IMG/VR virus record: IMGVR_UViG_3300037834_000040
Coordinates: 1-37,347 of that record
Length of the DNA: 37,347 nucleotides
Direction: 5' to 3' (one strand)
Source: a virus
Lineage: Duplodnaviria > Caudoviricetes
Positions 1 through 7,252 of the stretch are shown one piece after another. Numbering within the stretch: the stretch's first letter is position 1; the number at the start of each line of letters is the position of its first letter. The notes under the pieces were generated by a model, which was given only the letters and a program-made list of their open reading frames with translations, had not been told where the DNA came from and did not search any database. Position numbers and translations under genes: made by a program.

Positions 1-1359
1 TCACGCCCGCACCGCCTTGCGGCCCGCGAGCTGGGCCGCGTGCCAGGCTTCGAGCTTTTCCATGCCGCGGCGGGCGAATTCGGGCGGGATCGCCACATAG
101 TGGCGCATGACCTTTTCCGACTGGGCGAAGGCATGGCCGGAGAAGCCGGCGATCTCGAACTTGTCGCAGCCGGCCAGCGGCAGCCAGGACAGGCAGGTGT
201 CGCGCAGATCCTGGTCGCGCAGATCCGCGAGCGATACCATGGGCGCGATGCCGGCGGCCGCGAGCAGGGCAGGGACGTCCTTCGCCCCGAACATCGCCGA
301 CGCGTCCTTCGTCAGCCTGCCGTCCCGGTCGCGCTCGGCATCGCCGAAGGCGGCGACGTGGCGGACCATGCGGAACGCCTTGCGGTACCAGTCCATCCCC
401 CAGGGCCGTGCAGTGGCGTCGCAGGCGAAGAGGGTGATCGGCGTCACCTTCCAGTCCTTGCGGCGCTCCTCGGCCAGCTCCAGGCGATTTGCGAGGGCAT
501 TCGAGACGGGAATGAGGAGGCGTTGCGCCGTGCGCTTCTTCTTCGACGGCTCGAAATAGATGCCCTCGGCCGAGACGTACTTCGCCGGCACGGCGAGGCG
601 ATCGTTCTGGCGCTGGCCGGTCCAGACGCCGGCGACGATCATGTCGCCGACATCGTGCGCGCCGATCGCGTCCGCCACGGCGACGAGCGTTTCGATCTCG
701 TCGATCGTCGCCGGCCGCAGGCGGGGCGCCAGCTCGGGCAGCGTCTCCTTCAAGGTCGCGACCGGATTGGCCGGCACCAGGCGGTGCGTCATGCCATGGC
801 CGTAGGCGACCGACAGGAAGGCACGGACAGCGCGCGCCTGGGCGAGGCCGTGCGCGATCTCGATCCGGTCGAGGATGCCCGACAGGGCCTTGGGCGTCAC
901 GGCCGCGGCGACCTCGGTCCAGACGCGGCCCTTGTCGAACGCCTCGAGGAGGCGCGCGGCGCCCTTGTAATAGCGGATGGTGTTGTCCGCGAGCGGATCG
1001 CGCTTCTTGCGGCCCTGGACGATCGTCTTGCCGGACATGCGCGGGCTGTCGACGAATTCGGTGCAGAGCTGGCCGACCGTGACCAGGCCTTCGGCACGGG
1101 CCCTCGCGAGCGCGTTGCGCGTCTTGCGCTTCGTCGTCTCGCCGGCGTCGACATCGCGGCGGCGATCGGCGATCTCGGCCTGGCGCTTGCTTGCCCAGGC
1201 GATCGTCTCGTCGAGCGACAGCCAGCTTCCATCCGCATGACGCAGATCCTCGCCCTTGTAGCCGAGCTCGCGCGTCGTCGGCCCCGGAATGAAACGCGGG
1301 CGGCCGTTGCGCCACGACACGAGCGGAATGCGGATTTCGACTTTCCCCATGAAGGACAT
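1..1359 (-). CDS. int: Tyrosine recombinase (phage integrase)
   Basis: WTGQR (catalytic R), QDLR at the HxxR position, SGH and RHY (catalytic Y); RBS CAGGAG upstream; prophage end position. Confidence 0.92.
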   Translation of the reverse strand: MSFMGKVEIRIPLVSWRNGRPRFIPGPTTRELGYKGEDLRHADGSWLSLDETIAWASKRQAEIADRRRDVDAGETTKRKTRNALARARAEGLVTVGQLCTEFVDSPRMSGKTIVQGRKKRDPLADNTIRYYKGAARLLEAFDKGRVWTEVAAAVTPKALSGILDRIEIAHGLAQARAVRAFLSVAYGHGMTHRLVPANPVATLKETLPELAPRLRPATIDEIETLVAVADAIGAHDVGDMIVAGVWTGQRQNDRLAVPAKYVSAEGIYFEPSKKKRTAQRLLIPVSNALANRLELAEERRKDWKVTPITLFACDATARPWGMDWYRKAFRMVRHVAAFGDAERDRDGRLTKDASAMFGAKDVPALLAAAGIAPMVSLADLRDQDLRDTCLSWLPLAGCDKFEIAGFSGHAFAQSEKVMRHYVAIPPEFARRGMEKLEAWHAAQLAGRKAVRA

Positions 1360-1489
1360 GATGGCCTTGCTCCTGTCTCAATGTAAAGATTTGCCCGGCG
1401 GGTACTTGAGCGGCGGTCTGAAACGCTCGTCATACGCGGTTCCCGCCGGGCTGCCTGCGCTCCTGGGCCCCTCAAGGGCGCAAGCGGGT

Positions 1490-1582
1490 TCAAAAGCGGT
1501 CGCGCTCGTCGAAGCGGCCGACCCAGTAGCCGCACCAAGCGGCGATGCCGATGCCGGCGGCGAAGAGCTCGATCGCGATCAT
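1490..1582 (-). CDS. 30-aa single-TM peptide (MIAIELFAAGIGIAAWCGYWVGRFDERDRF)
   Basis: Translated by hand; ATGA overlap with upstream gene; hydrophobic N-terminus. Confidence 0.55.
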   Translation of the reverse strand: MIAIELFAAGIGIAAWCGYWVGRFDERDRF

Positions 1583-1746
1583 CGATCCGCCTTCCGCAGG
1601 GCCGGCCTAAGCGCTTCCAGATGTTCCGATGGCGGACGCGGCTGGCGCGTCCCCTGCAGCCAGGAAAGCAGCACGACCGCGATCATCAACATGCCGGCGA
1701 AGATCATGCCGAAGACGAGCATCAGGGCGACGTCGACATGGGTCAT
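1579..1746 (-). CDS. 55-aa membrane protein (MTHVDVALMLVFGMIFAG...)
   Basis: Internal ATG of ORF 1579..1980; ATGA-coupled on both sides; one TM helix. Confidence 0.6.
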   Translation of the reverse strand: MTHVDVALMLVFGMIFAGMLMIAVVLLSWLQGTRQPRPPSEHLEALRPALRKADR

Positions 1747-1841
1747 CGCTTTTCCCCCGCCTTGCCGCTGCAGGTATGCGAAGGCCAGTGATCGACGCGA
1801 TCGCCGCACACCGGACAGTTTGTGCCTGGCTGCGCGGTCAT
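1743..1841 (-). CDS. 32-aa zinc-finger microprotein (MTAQPGTNCPVCGDRVDHWPSHTCSGKAGEKR)
   Basis: Translated by hand; CPVC..H...H.C; ATGA overlaps at both ends. Confidence 0.55.
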   Translation of the reverse strand: MTAQPGTNCPVCGDRVDHWPSHTCSGKAGEKR

Positions 1842-2071
1842 GGCCGACGATCCTGAAGGGCGGCAAAGCGTTCCATAGCCTGTTGAACGGCCATGTCGAC
1901 CATTTCGGTGCAGATGATTGGCTTAACGCCATGCTGCCTTTGCAATATGAGCATCGCGGCGAACAGGCTGCTCTCGACAACGACCATCATGTCACTGTCG
2001 GTTTTCGTCTCGGAAGCAACGCGCATGACGAAGTCCCGTGCGAGGGCGTTGTGCTTCTCGGTCGGCGTCAT
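1838..2071 (-). CDS. Hypothetical phage protein (77 aa, MTPTEKHNALA...)
   Basis: ATG at 2071 with purine-rich RBS and ATGA coupling. Confidence 0.7.
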   Translation of the reverse strand: MTPTEKHNALARDFVMRVASETKTDSDMMVVVESSLFAAMLILQRQHGVKPIICTEMVDMAVQQAMERFAALQDRRP

Positions 2072-2856
2072 TTCCCTTCCTCCCCTGCCGCCGATTGGGG
2101 ATGGAGGGCGGCTTCGAGGATGGCGTCTCTGCACTTGTCGCCTAATGAGATGTGACGAGTTTCGGCGCACACCCGATAAGCAATATTCGCTGCCTCGCGT
2201 ATCGCCTCCGTCACCGCCGGACTGCCCTCGGATTGTGCGAGACGGGCTTCGGCACCCGTCGCGGAGTAGCCTTCGCCGTTGTATTCGAAGCCGTAGGCCA
2301 CGTCGTCGTTATGCCCGCTGCCACCACAGTACGGGCAGTCGAGTTCCGAGCCGTTGCCGTGCGGGTCTTCGCCCTTGTTCACGAACACGTTGTGCTTGCC
2401 GGCTTCCACATCCGCAATCATTTGCTTCACGTCCACCCGCTCCCGCAGCCGTGCTTCGGCTTCTGGATTGGCGAGCGCGGAAAGGACGTGAGCCTCGTAA
2501 TCGGCTTGGGCGACGGCTTTGGCCTCGTCAATTGACCCGCCAAACCGGGTGTGGTGCATTTTCGGGCAAGTCCAGCTTCCGGTCGGATAAGCGAAGTAAG
2601 ACCCCAAGACACTTTGAGCGAACTCGCCATCGGAAAATCCGGTTGCCTTCCACTCCAACGGCTTCACGCGCGGTTCCGCCCCCACCCCATCGACGGGAGT
2701 GGAAAAGGAGGCGAGGGCAACCTCTAAGGCGGCTTCTAGGCCGTCCCAAACGCAAGACTTGCCAGCCTTCGCGTGGTATGCGTCTACGGCGCGGTCCATC
2801 AAATCTTCGCCCACCCCATCTACGGGAGTGGAAGGGGAGAGATCAGCTTTGCTCAT
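2068..2856 (-). CDS. Mosaic early phage protein (MSKADLSPS...; VKPLEW segment, CPYC motif)
   Basis: C-terminal part of ORF 2068..3471; ATG 2856 overlaps upstream stop; internal STPVDGVG duplication. Confidence 0.7.
   Translation of the reverse strand: MSKADLSPSTPVDGVGEDLMDRAVDAYHAKAGKSCVWDGLEAALEVALASFSTPVDGVGAEPRVKPLEWKATGFSDGEFAQSVLGSYFAYPTGSWTCPKMHHTRFGGSIDEAKAVAQADYEAHVLSALANPEAEARLRERVDVKQMIADVEAGKHNVFVNKGEDPHGNGSELDCPYCGGSGHNDDVAYGFEYNGEGYSATGAEARLAQSEGSPAVTEAIREAANIAYRVCAETRHISLGDKCRDAILEAALHPQSAAGEEGK
2681..2833. repeat. 24-bp direct repeat, 1 mismatch (2681-2704 and 2810-2833)
   Basis: CCCACCCCATC(G/T)ACGGGAGTGGAA twice; encodes STPVDGVG twice. Confidence 0.85.
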
Positions 2857-3125
2857 CGTCCCGCCCTTTCCTGCATGACGGCAAGCACCGTGTTGCCGGC
2901 GCCGGTGACGTCGAGGCGGGTGCGGCCGTCGATGACGGGGCGCACCAGGCCGCGGGCCTGCAACTCGCCGGCCGTCTTGAGCGAGACGAGCCTGGTGCCG
3001 ACGCCGCGCCAGCCATTGCGGCAACGGATCAGCCGCGCGGCCTTGGCGAGCTTGAGCGCGCTTTTCTGCGCCGCCGTCAGCGTCTTCGGGTCGAGGCGAT
3101 GGAGATCGTTGACGGCCGCCATCAT
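2853..3125 (-). CDS. Small basic protein, possibly winged-helix
   Basis: MMAAVNDL...LQARGLVR...LDVTGAG; coupled to neighbours. Confidence 0.65.
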   Translation of the reverse strand: MMAAVNDLHRLDPKTLTAAQKSALKLAKAARLIRCRNGWRGVGTRLVSLKTAGELQARGLVRPVIDGRTRLDVTGAGNTVLAVMQERAGR

Positions 3126-3523
3126 GCCAGACCTCCCTGAATACCCTGCACGGAGGTCTGGCGCACGATGCCGTGGTCGCTCGTGCCGCGCAGCAGCGCC
3201 TGGAAGGCTTCGCCGGTTGCCCTGACGAGCAGGCGCGAGGCTCCCGAATTCGACCCGAAATTGCGATAGGCGTTGGCCGACATCGACCCGATGACATTGC
3301 CCATCGCCTTGGCGACGATGTTCGGATCGACCTCGCGATTGCGAAGCCCGGCGAGCTTGCAGGTCGCCAGGATCGCCAGCTCGTAAAGCTCCTCCTGGAT
3401 GTCGACGAACTTCTGATCCTCGTCTGATTGTGCCCGCTCGCGGGCCTCGGCAATCGTCGTCGCCGTCGCATGCCGGGCGTTGCGCTCGATCGCTTCCAGG
3501 TCGAAATAAACCGGTCCTCTCAT
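3122..3523 (-). CDS. Hypothetical phage protein (133 aa, MRGPVYFDLE...)
   Basis: ATG 3523 overlaps stop of AlpA-like gene; RBS GGAG. Confidence 0.7.
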   Translation of the reverse strand: MRGPVYFDLEAIERNARHATATTIAEARERAQSDEDQKFVDIQEELYELAILATCKLAGLRNREVDPNIVAKAMGNVIGSMSANAYRNFGSNSGASRLLVRATGEAFQALLRGTSDHGIVRQTSVQGIQGGLA

Positions 3524-3816
3524 GCCGCATACTCCGCTTCGAGGGCGCGGGCGGCGGCGTCGATCCGGTCGTCGCCATCGGCGAGGCGCCAGGTCTCGCC
3601 GTTGGTGTCGATCCAGCGCAGGATGGCGGTGCGCGACCAGCCGTTGAGGCCGGGCAGCTTCCTGGGGAAGCCTTCGGCCTCGAGCGCCAGCCGGCGGGTG
3701 TAGAAGCCGGCCGCCGATCGGTAGCCGAGCATGGCGGCGACGTCCGTGCCGGACAGGACAGGCGGCAGCGTGAGAAGCGCCTCCACCGGCCCCGCCGTGT
3801 TCACCTTCTCTTTCAT
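3520..3816 (-). CDS. AlpA/excisionase-like HTH protein
   Basis: LSGTDVAAMLG...EGFPRKL...WSRTAILRWI fits AlpA/Xis pattern; RBS GAGGTG; first gene of leftward operon ending in int. Confidence 0.8.
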   Translation of the reverse strand: MKEKVNTAGPVEALLTLPPVLSGTDVAAMLGYRSAAGFYTRRLALEAEGFPRKLPGLNGWSRTAILRWIDTNGETWRLADGDDRIDAAARALEAEYAA

Positions 3817-3854
3817 GGCAAATCACCTCGTGTTGAGAAAACACGAGCATGGTT

Positions 3855-3868
3855 TCGCATAAATGCGA
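3855..3868. promoter_or_regulatory. Putative left operator, palindrome TCGCAT-AA-ATGCGA
   Basis: Perfect 6-bp inverted repeat in AT-rich gap upstream of leftward operon; related copies at 4841 and 4863. Confidence 0.65.
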
Positions 3869-3929
3869 CAAATGCAATGGCATGAAGCCGATAACAGGAC
3901 AAAAAAGTCCTATTAGTGTTTCACGTGGA

Positions 3930-4124
3930 TCATCCCAGGGTGACGATGAACCAGCGCGCGAGCAAAAAGCATCCGACAAACCAGGCGACCGCGACCGCAT
4001 CGCGCAATCGATCCGCCAGCTTCTCGCCTTGATAGTCCTTGAGAACAGTTTCCTTGAAGCGGTCGGCGATCCAGCCGCAGGCCCACGCCGCAGCGAACGC
4101 GACGAAGCCCAGCAGCGCGCCCAT
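3930..4124 (-). CDS. 64-aa two-TM membrane protein downstream of the repressor
   Basis: Two hydrophobic segments; starts 1 nt after the repressor stop. Confidence 0.65.
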   Translation of the reverse strand: MGALLGFVAFAAAWACGWIADRFKETVLKDYQGEKLADRLRDAVAVAWFVGCFLLARWFIVTLG

Positions 4125-4125
4125 G

Positions 4126-4734
4126 TCAGGCCGCGCGTTCGCGGATCAGCCGGACGAAGGTTCCCATGACGACGACACGTTCGCCGTCGACATAGAGCGG
4201 CCGCGCATCGATGCGCCGATCGCTCGATCGCGTGAGGAGAAAGGGCGGCTGGTAAAGGCGCAGGAGGGTTTCCGCCGTTCCCCGCGCCATGTTGTAGACC
4301 TGGGCGACGACAACGTCGCCGGCGCGCGGTTCAAGCCCCATGTCGAAGTCGAGAACGTCGCCGACCCGAAAGCCTTCCATGTCGAGCACATCGGAGGTGA
4401 TCCGCCAGCGGCCATGATTGGTCTCGACCTTGCCGGCAGCGCCCCCAGGCGCAGCATCGTAGGGCGCCAGATCCGTCTCGGCGAAACCCGGACGGGCACC
4501 GGCCGGCATCCCGGTCAGCGCTTCGGGGAGGTTTTCCCCGAAGGCATCGGCCACCTGGCGCAGCTTCGACATCGACATGACGAACGGCGCGTCCTCGTCG
4601 AGCCAGCGATAGATCGTCGATGGCGAGACGTTCGATCGCGTCGCGATCTTGCGCGGGGTGATCCCGTATTTCTGCTGAATGAATTCGAGCCATTCGCGAA
4701 CTATGCCGCGCAGCTCGTCGTGCTGCTTTGTCAC
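4126..4734 (-). CDS. CI-like repressor: XRE HTH plus degenerate S24-like C-terminal domain (start uncertain: GTG 4734, ATG 4779 or GTG 4833)
   Basis: PRKIATRSNVSPSTIYRW HTH; FRVGDVLDFD..EPRAGDVVVA..VVVMG S24-like pattern; divergent from Cro-like gene. Confidence 0.85.
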   Translation of the reverse strand: MTKQHDELRGIVREWLEFIQQKYGITPRKIATRSNVSPSTIYRWLDEDAPFVMSMSKLRQVADAFGENLPEALTGMPAGARPGFAETDLAPYDAAPGGAAGKVETNHGRWRITSDVLDMEGFRVGDVLDFDMGLEPRAGDVVVAQVYNMARGTAETLLRLYQPPFLLTRSSDRRIDARPLYVDGERVVVMGTFVRLIRERAA

Positions 4735-4810
4735 CGGCCGTCCCTGAATAACCGCTTCGACGGCCCAACTTTGCAGCATGTGTGTTACTCGTGCACTGAC
4801 TACTAATACG

Positions 4811-4878
4811 CTTGACATAGGACGGCAAATCACCCTAGCCGTCGTATTTATGGATTACAAGCGTCGCATAAATCAGAT
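4811..4878 (+). promoter_or_regulatory. Rightward early promoter and two operator-like sites
   Basis: TTGACA at 4812-4817; GTCGTAT-TT-ATGGAT from 4841 and GTCGCAT-AA-ATCAGAT at 4863-4878 resemble the 3855 palindrome; cro ATG lacks an SD. Confidence 0.6.
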
Positions 4879-5086
4879 CATCGAGCGCGCCCGACGGTTG
4901 CGGATGCCCATCAAGGACGTCGCCGCGGCCGGCGGCGTCTCGAAGTCCACATTCTACCGCTGGGAACAGCCGGACGCCAATCCGCGGATGCGCACCATGA
5001 TGACCGCCCTCGACGCGATGGAAACCCATCTCAATGAGCGCGAGCGCGCCCTGGTCGAGGATCTGACGCACGGGAGGCTGCAGTGA
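4850..5086 (+). CDS. Cro-like HTH regulator
   Basis: MPIKDVAAAGGVSKSTFYRWE..NPRMRT XRE-type HTH; divergent from repressor. Confidence 0.85.
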   Translation: MDYKRRINQIIERARRLRMPIKDVAAAGGVSKSTFYRWEQPDANPRMRTMMTALDAMETHLNERERALVEDLTHGRLQ

Positions 5087-5226
5087 AGAAGCCCGTGCCG
5101 TCCCTGGTCGAGCAGCGGCGCATGAAGAGGCTCACCGACGCGCTGCGCGCCGAAATCCGCCGCCAGGACAGGCTGGCAAAACGCGGTCTGCCGATCGCGC
5201 GGCGACAAGGGAGGGCGGTGCAGTGA
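5083..5226 (+). CDS. 47-aa basic protein (MKKPVPSLVEQRR...)
   Basis: GTG start after GGGAGG; GTGA overlaps at both ends; translated by hand. Confidence 0.6.
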   Translation: MKKPVPSLVEQRRMKRLTDALRAEIRRQDRLAKRGLPIARRQGRAVQ

Positions 5227-5486
5227 CGAGGAAGATTATCGAGACCGACGAGCGCCACGAGCGATTTCGCGTTGCCCTGATCAACGCGCTACGCGTCGAG
5301 GGCGAGAGCTTGCCAGCCGAAGAATTGCTGGCGGTGGCCGCCCAACTGGTCGGGCAGCTCGTCGCGATGCAGGATCAGCGCCGCTATACGCCGGCCCAGG
5401 TGATGGACATGGTTGCGCGCAATGTCGAGCAGGGCAATCAGCGCGCGATCGCCATGCTCCTCCATTCTTCGGGTGGCACGGCATGA
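5223..5486 (+). CDS. Hypothetical phage protein (87 aa)
   Basis: RBS GGAGGG; coupled ORF. Confidence 0.7.
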   Translation: MTRKIIETDERHERFRVALINALRVEGESLPAEELLAVAAQLVGQLVAMQDQRRYTPAQVMDMVARNVEQGNQRAIAMLLHSSGGTA

Positions 5487-5755
5487 CGGTCATCACCACC
5501 ACGATCGTCGACCGCTTCACCGGGCAATACGCCTCGGAGAAGATCTTCATGCAGTCGCTGTGCGACGCGCTGGCGCTGGAGCTGAAAGGCCACGGGCATG
5601 ACGGCGCGGCGATCGTCGACCTCGACTGGACGCCCGATGAGGCCGGGCCGCTGGCGCTTTTGACCGTCAAGCCGGGCCGCAAGCCGCTGACGGCCGCTGC
5701 CTGCTCGACCTTCCTCAAAGCCAAACGCGCCAATGAACGCAGGAGGGCCGCGTGA
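5483..5755 (+). CDS. Hypothetical phage protein (90 aa)
   Basis: ATGA-coupled ORF. Confidence 0.65.
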   Translation: MTVITTTIVDRFTGQYASEKIFMQSLCDALALELKGHGHDGAAIVDLDWTPDEAGPLALLTVKPGRKPLTAAACSTFLKAKRANERRRAA

Positions 5756-6390
5756 TGCCGCAACCAGCCGCCTTTTCCCAGCCCAAGCTCGTCGCCGTTC
5801 CGCTTTCCCTGCCGCAGCGCATGTTCGATGCCCTGGCCGACCGCGCGCGGGTGATGAATGTGAAGCCGGCCGAATATGTGCGCCGTCTGGTCGACGCCGC
5901 CTATGCGGCCCGCATCGGCCAGGAGCGGGCGGAAGAACCGCTCGACCGCGATCTCGACCGGCAGGTGCGCGCCATCTTCCTGATGGCGGATGCCGAGCCG
6001 GAATATATCGCGACGGCGCTCGGGCTGCCGCGGGCGCGGGTGGAGAAGATCATCGCCGGCTGGAAACAGGCGGGGTCTTCTTTGGCCTCACGGGACGAAC
6101 CGGCGGCTGCGCCGCCCGTCCCTCCGGCCCCAAGGGCGACGGCCGCGGCCGACGATGGCCGGGGCTCGGGCGAGCCCGCGCCTTCGGCGGACGTTCAGTC
6201 CGACAGGGGGGCAGGCGCGGCGAAGTCGAAGTCCCGCGCCTGGACAGATGCTGACCGGCTGCTCCTGAAAGAGTTATGGGCCGAAGGCCTGGGCATCGCG
6301 GAGATTGCCGCCAGGCTCGGCCGAGAGGCAGCGGCCGTGCAGCAATATGCCAGCGGCCATCGCGGGCTTTGCCCGAAGCGGCGGGGCTGA
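5752..6390 (+). CDS. Multi-domain regulator: N-terminal ribbon-helix-helix-like and C-terminal GcrA-like HTH
   Basis: VPLSLPQRMFDALADRARVMNVKPAEYVRRLV (RHH pattern); WTDADRLLLKELWAEGLGIAEIAARLG (GcrA N-terminal HTH pattern). Confidence 0.75.
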   Translation: MMPQPAAFSQPKLVAVPLSLPQRMFDALADRARVMNVKPAEYVRRLVDAAYAARIGQERAEEPLDRDLDRQVRAIFLMADAEPEYIATALGLPRARVEKIIAGWKQAGSSLASRDEPAAAPPVPPAPRATAAADDGRGSGEPAPSADVQSDRGAGAAKSKSRAWTDADRLLLKELWAEGLGIAEIAARLGREAAAVQQYASGHRGLCPKRRG

Positions 6391-6391
6391 C

Positions 6392-6682
6392 ATGAGCGAC
6401 AGCCTGCCGATCCTGCAGCAATTCACCCGCGCCACGTCCGACCAGGAACGCGCGGCACTGCTTTTGCGCTGGCCCGACGTGGTGATCGTCACCGCGCGCG
6501 GCGCGGCCGAGGCGCATTGCCGCCGTACCGGCTTCGATGCCGGCGCCTATTTCATCGATCTTCGCTGCGCCGCGCTTCAAGCGGCGCGCGATCCGAACGG
6601 GCTCCTGCCGGAGACCGTGTCGCGCCCCCTCGAGCAATGCCGCGCCGCCATGGCGCGCTTTGCCGGAGGCGCGGCCGCGTAG
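6392..6682 (+). CDS. Hypothetical phage protein (96 aa, MSDSLPILQQF...)
   Basis: ATG 1 nt after previous stop. Confidence 0.65.
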   Translation: MSDSLPILQQFTRATSDQERAALLLRWPDVVIVTARGAAEAHCRRTGFDAGAYFIDLRCAALQAARDPNGLLPETVSRPLEQCRAAMARFAGGAAA

Positions 6683-6742
6683 CGTCCAGGGTTTTGCGTC
6701 TCCTCCCAGCCGGCGGTTCCGTTTCCCCGCCGCCGGCCTTTG

Positions 6743-6789
6743 CGGCCCGATCGGCATCCGCCCGGTCGCCGATCGGGCCGTCTTTTTTC
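6743..6789 (+). terminator. Intrinsic terminator within early rightward operon
   Basis: 13-bp perfect stem 6743-6755/6768-6780 followed by TCTTTTTT. Confidence 0.8.
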
Positions 6790-6812
6790 GGGGAACGATG
6801 GAGACGAGGACC

Positions 6813-7250
6813 ATGGACGACAACGAGACAAGCTTTACCGAAGAGGTGTGGGAACGCGCCTATGACGAGGCCGGTGCGTTTTCCGACCTTTATGGGTGTG
6901 ACGAGAAGAAACGCGAACGCCTGACGGTCGCCTTCGCCAACACGATCATGAGCGGGCTTGCCGAGGGTGCAGGACTGCCTTGCTCGGATGCGGCCATGGA
7001 CGTCGTCGTCGAGCGGCTTCGTCAAATCGCCGGCGAGGGCTTTTCGGCGGCGCATGACGATGCCCATCAGCATGGAAAGCTGGCCCAGGCCGCCACCTGC
7101 TATGCCATCGGCGGATCGGACAGGCATTGGCCGTTCGACAAGTCGTGGTTCAAGCGCTCGACTTATCGTCGCGACCTGGTGAAGGCGGCTGCCCTGATCA
7201 TTGCCGAGATCGAGCGCCTCGATCGCGCCAAAAACGAAAACCTGTTCTGA
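6813..7250 (+). CDS. Conserved phage protein of unknown function (ERxRQ...HDD...WP...RRDLVKAAALIIAEIERLDR domain)
   Basis: Recognisable widespread phage domain; RBS GGAG before ATG 6813. Confidence 0.75.
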   Translation: MDDNETSFTEEVWERAYDEAGAFSDLYGCDEKKRERLTVAFANTIMSGLAEGAGLPCSDAAMDVVVERLRQIAGEGFSAAHDDAHQHGKLAQAATCYAIGGSDRHWPFDKSWFKRSTYRRDLVKAAALIIAEIERLDRAKNENLF

Positions 7251-7252
7251 TC

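Noticed and set aside
1482-1491. 10-nt match GAACCCGCTT between the int leader (minus strand) and the candidate sRNA at 33034-33043
   Set aside because: Same sense as the int mRNA, so it cannot pair with it; a 10-nt match is expected by chance
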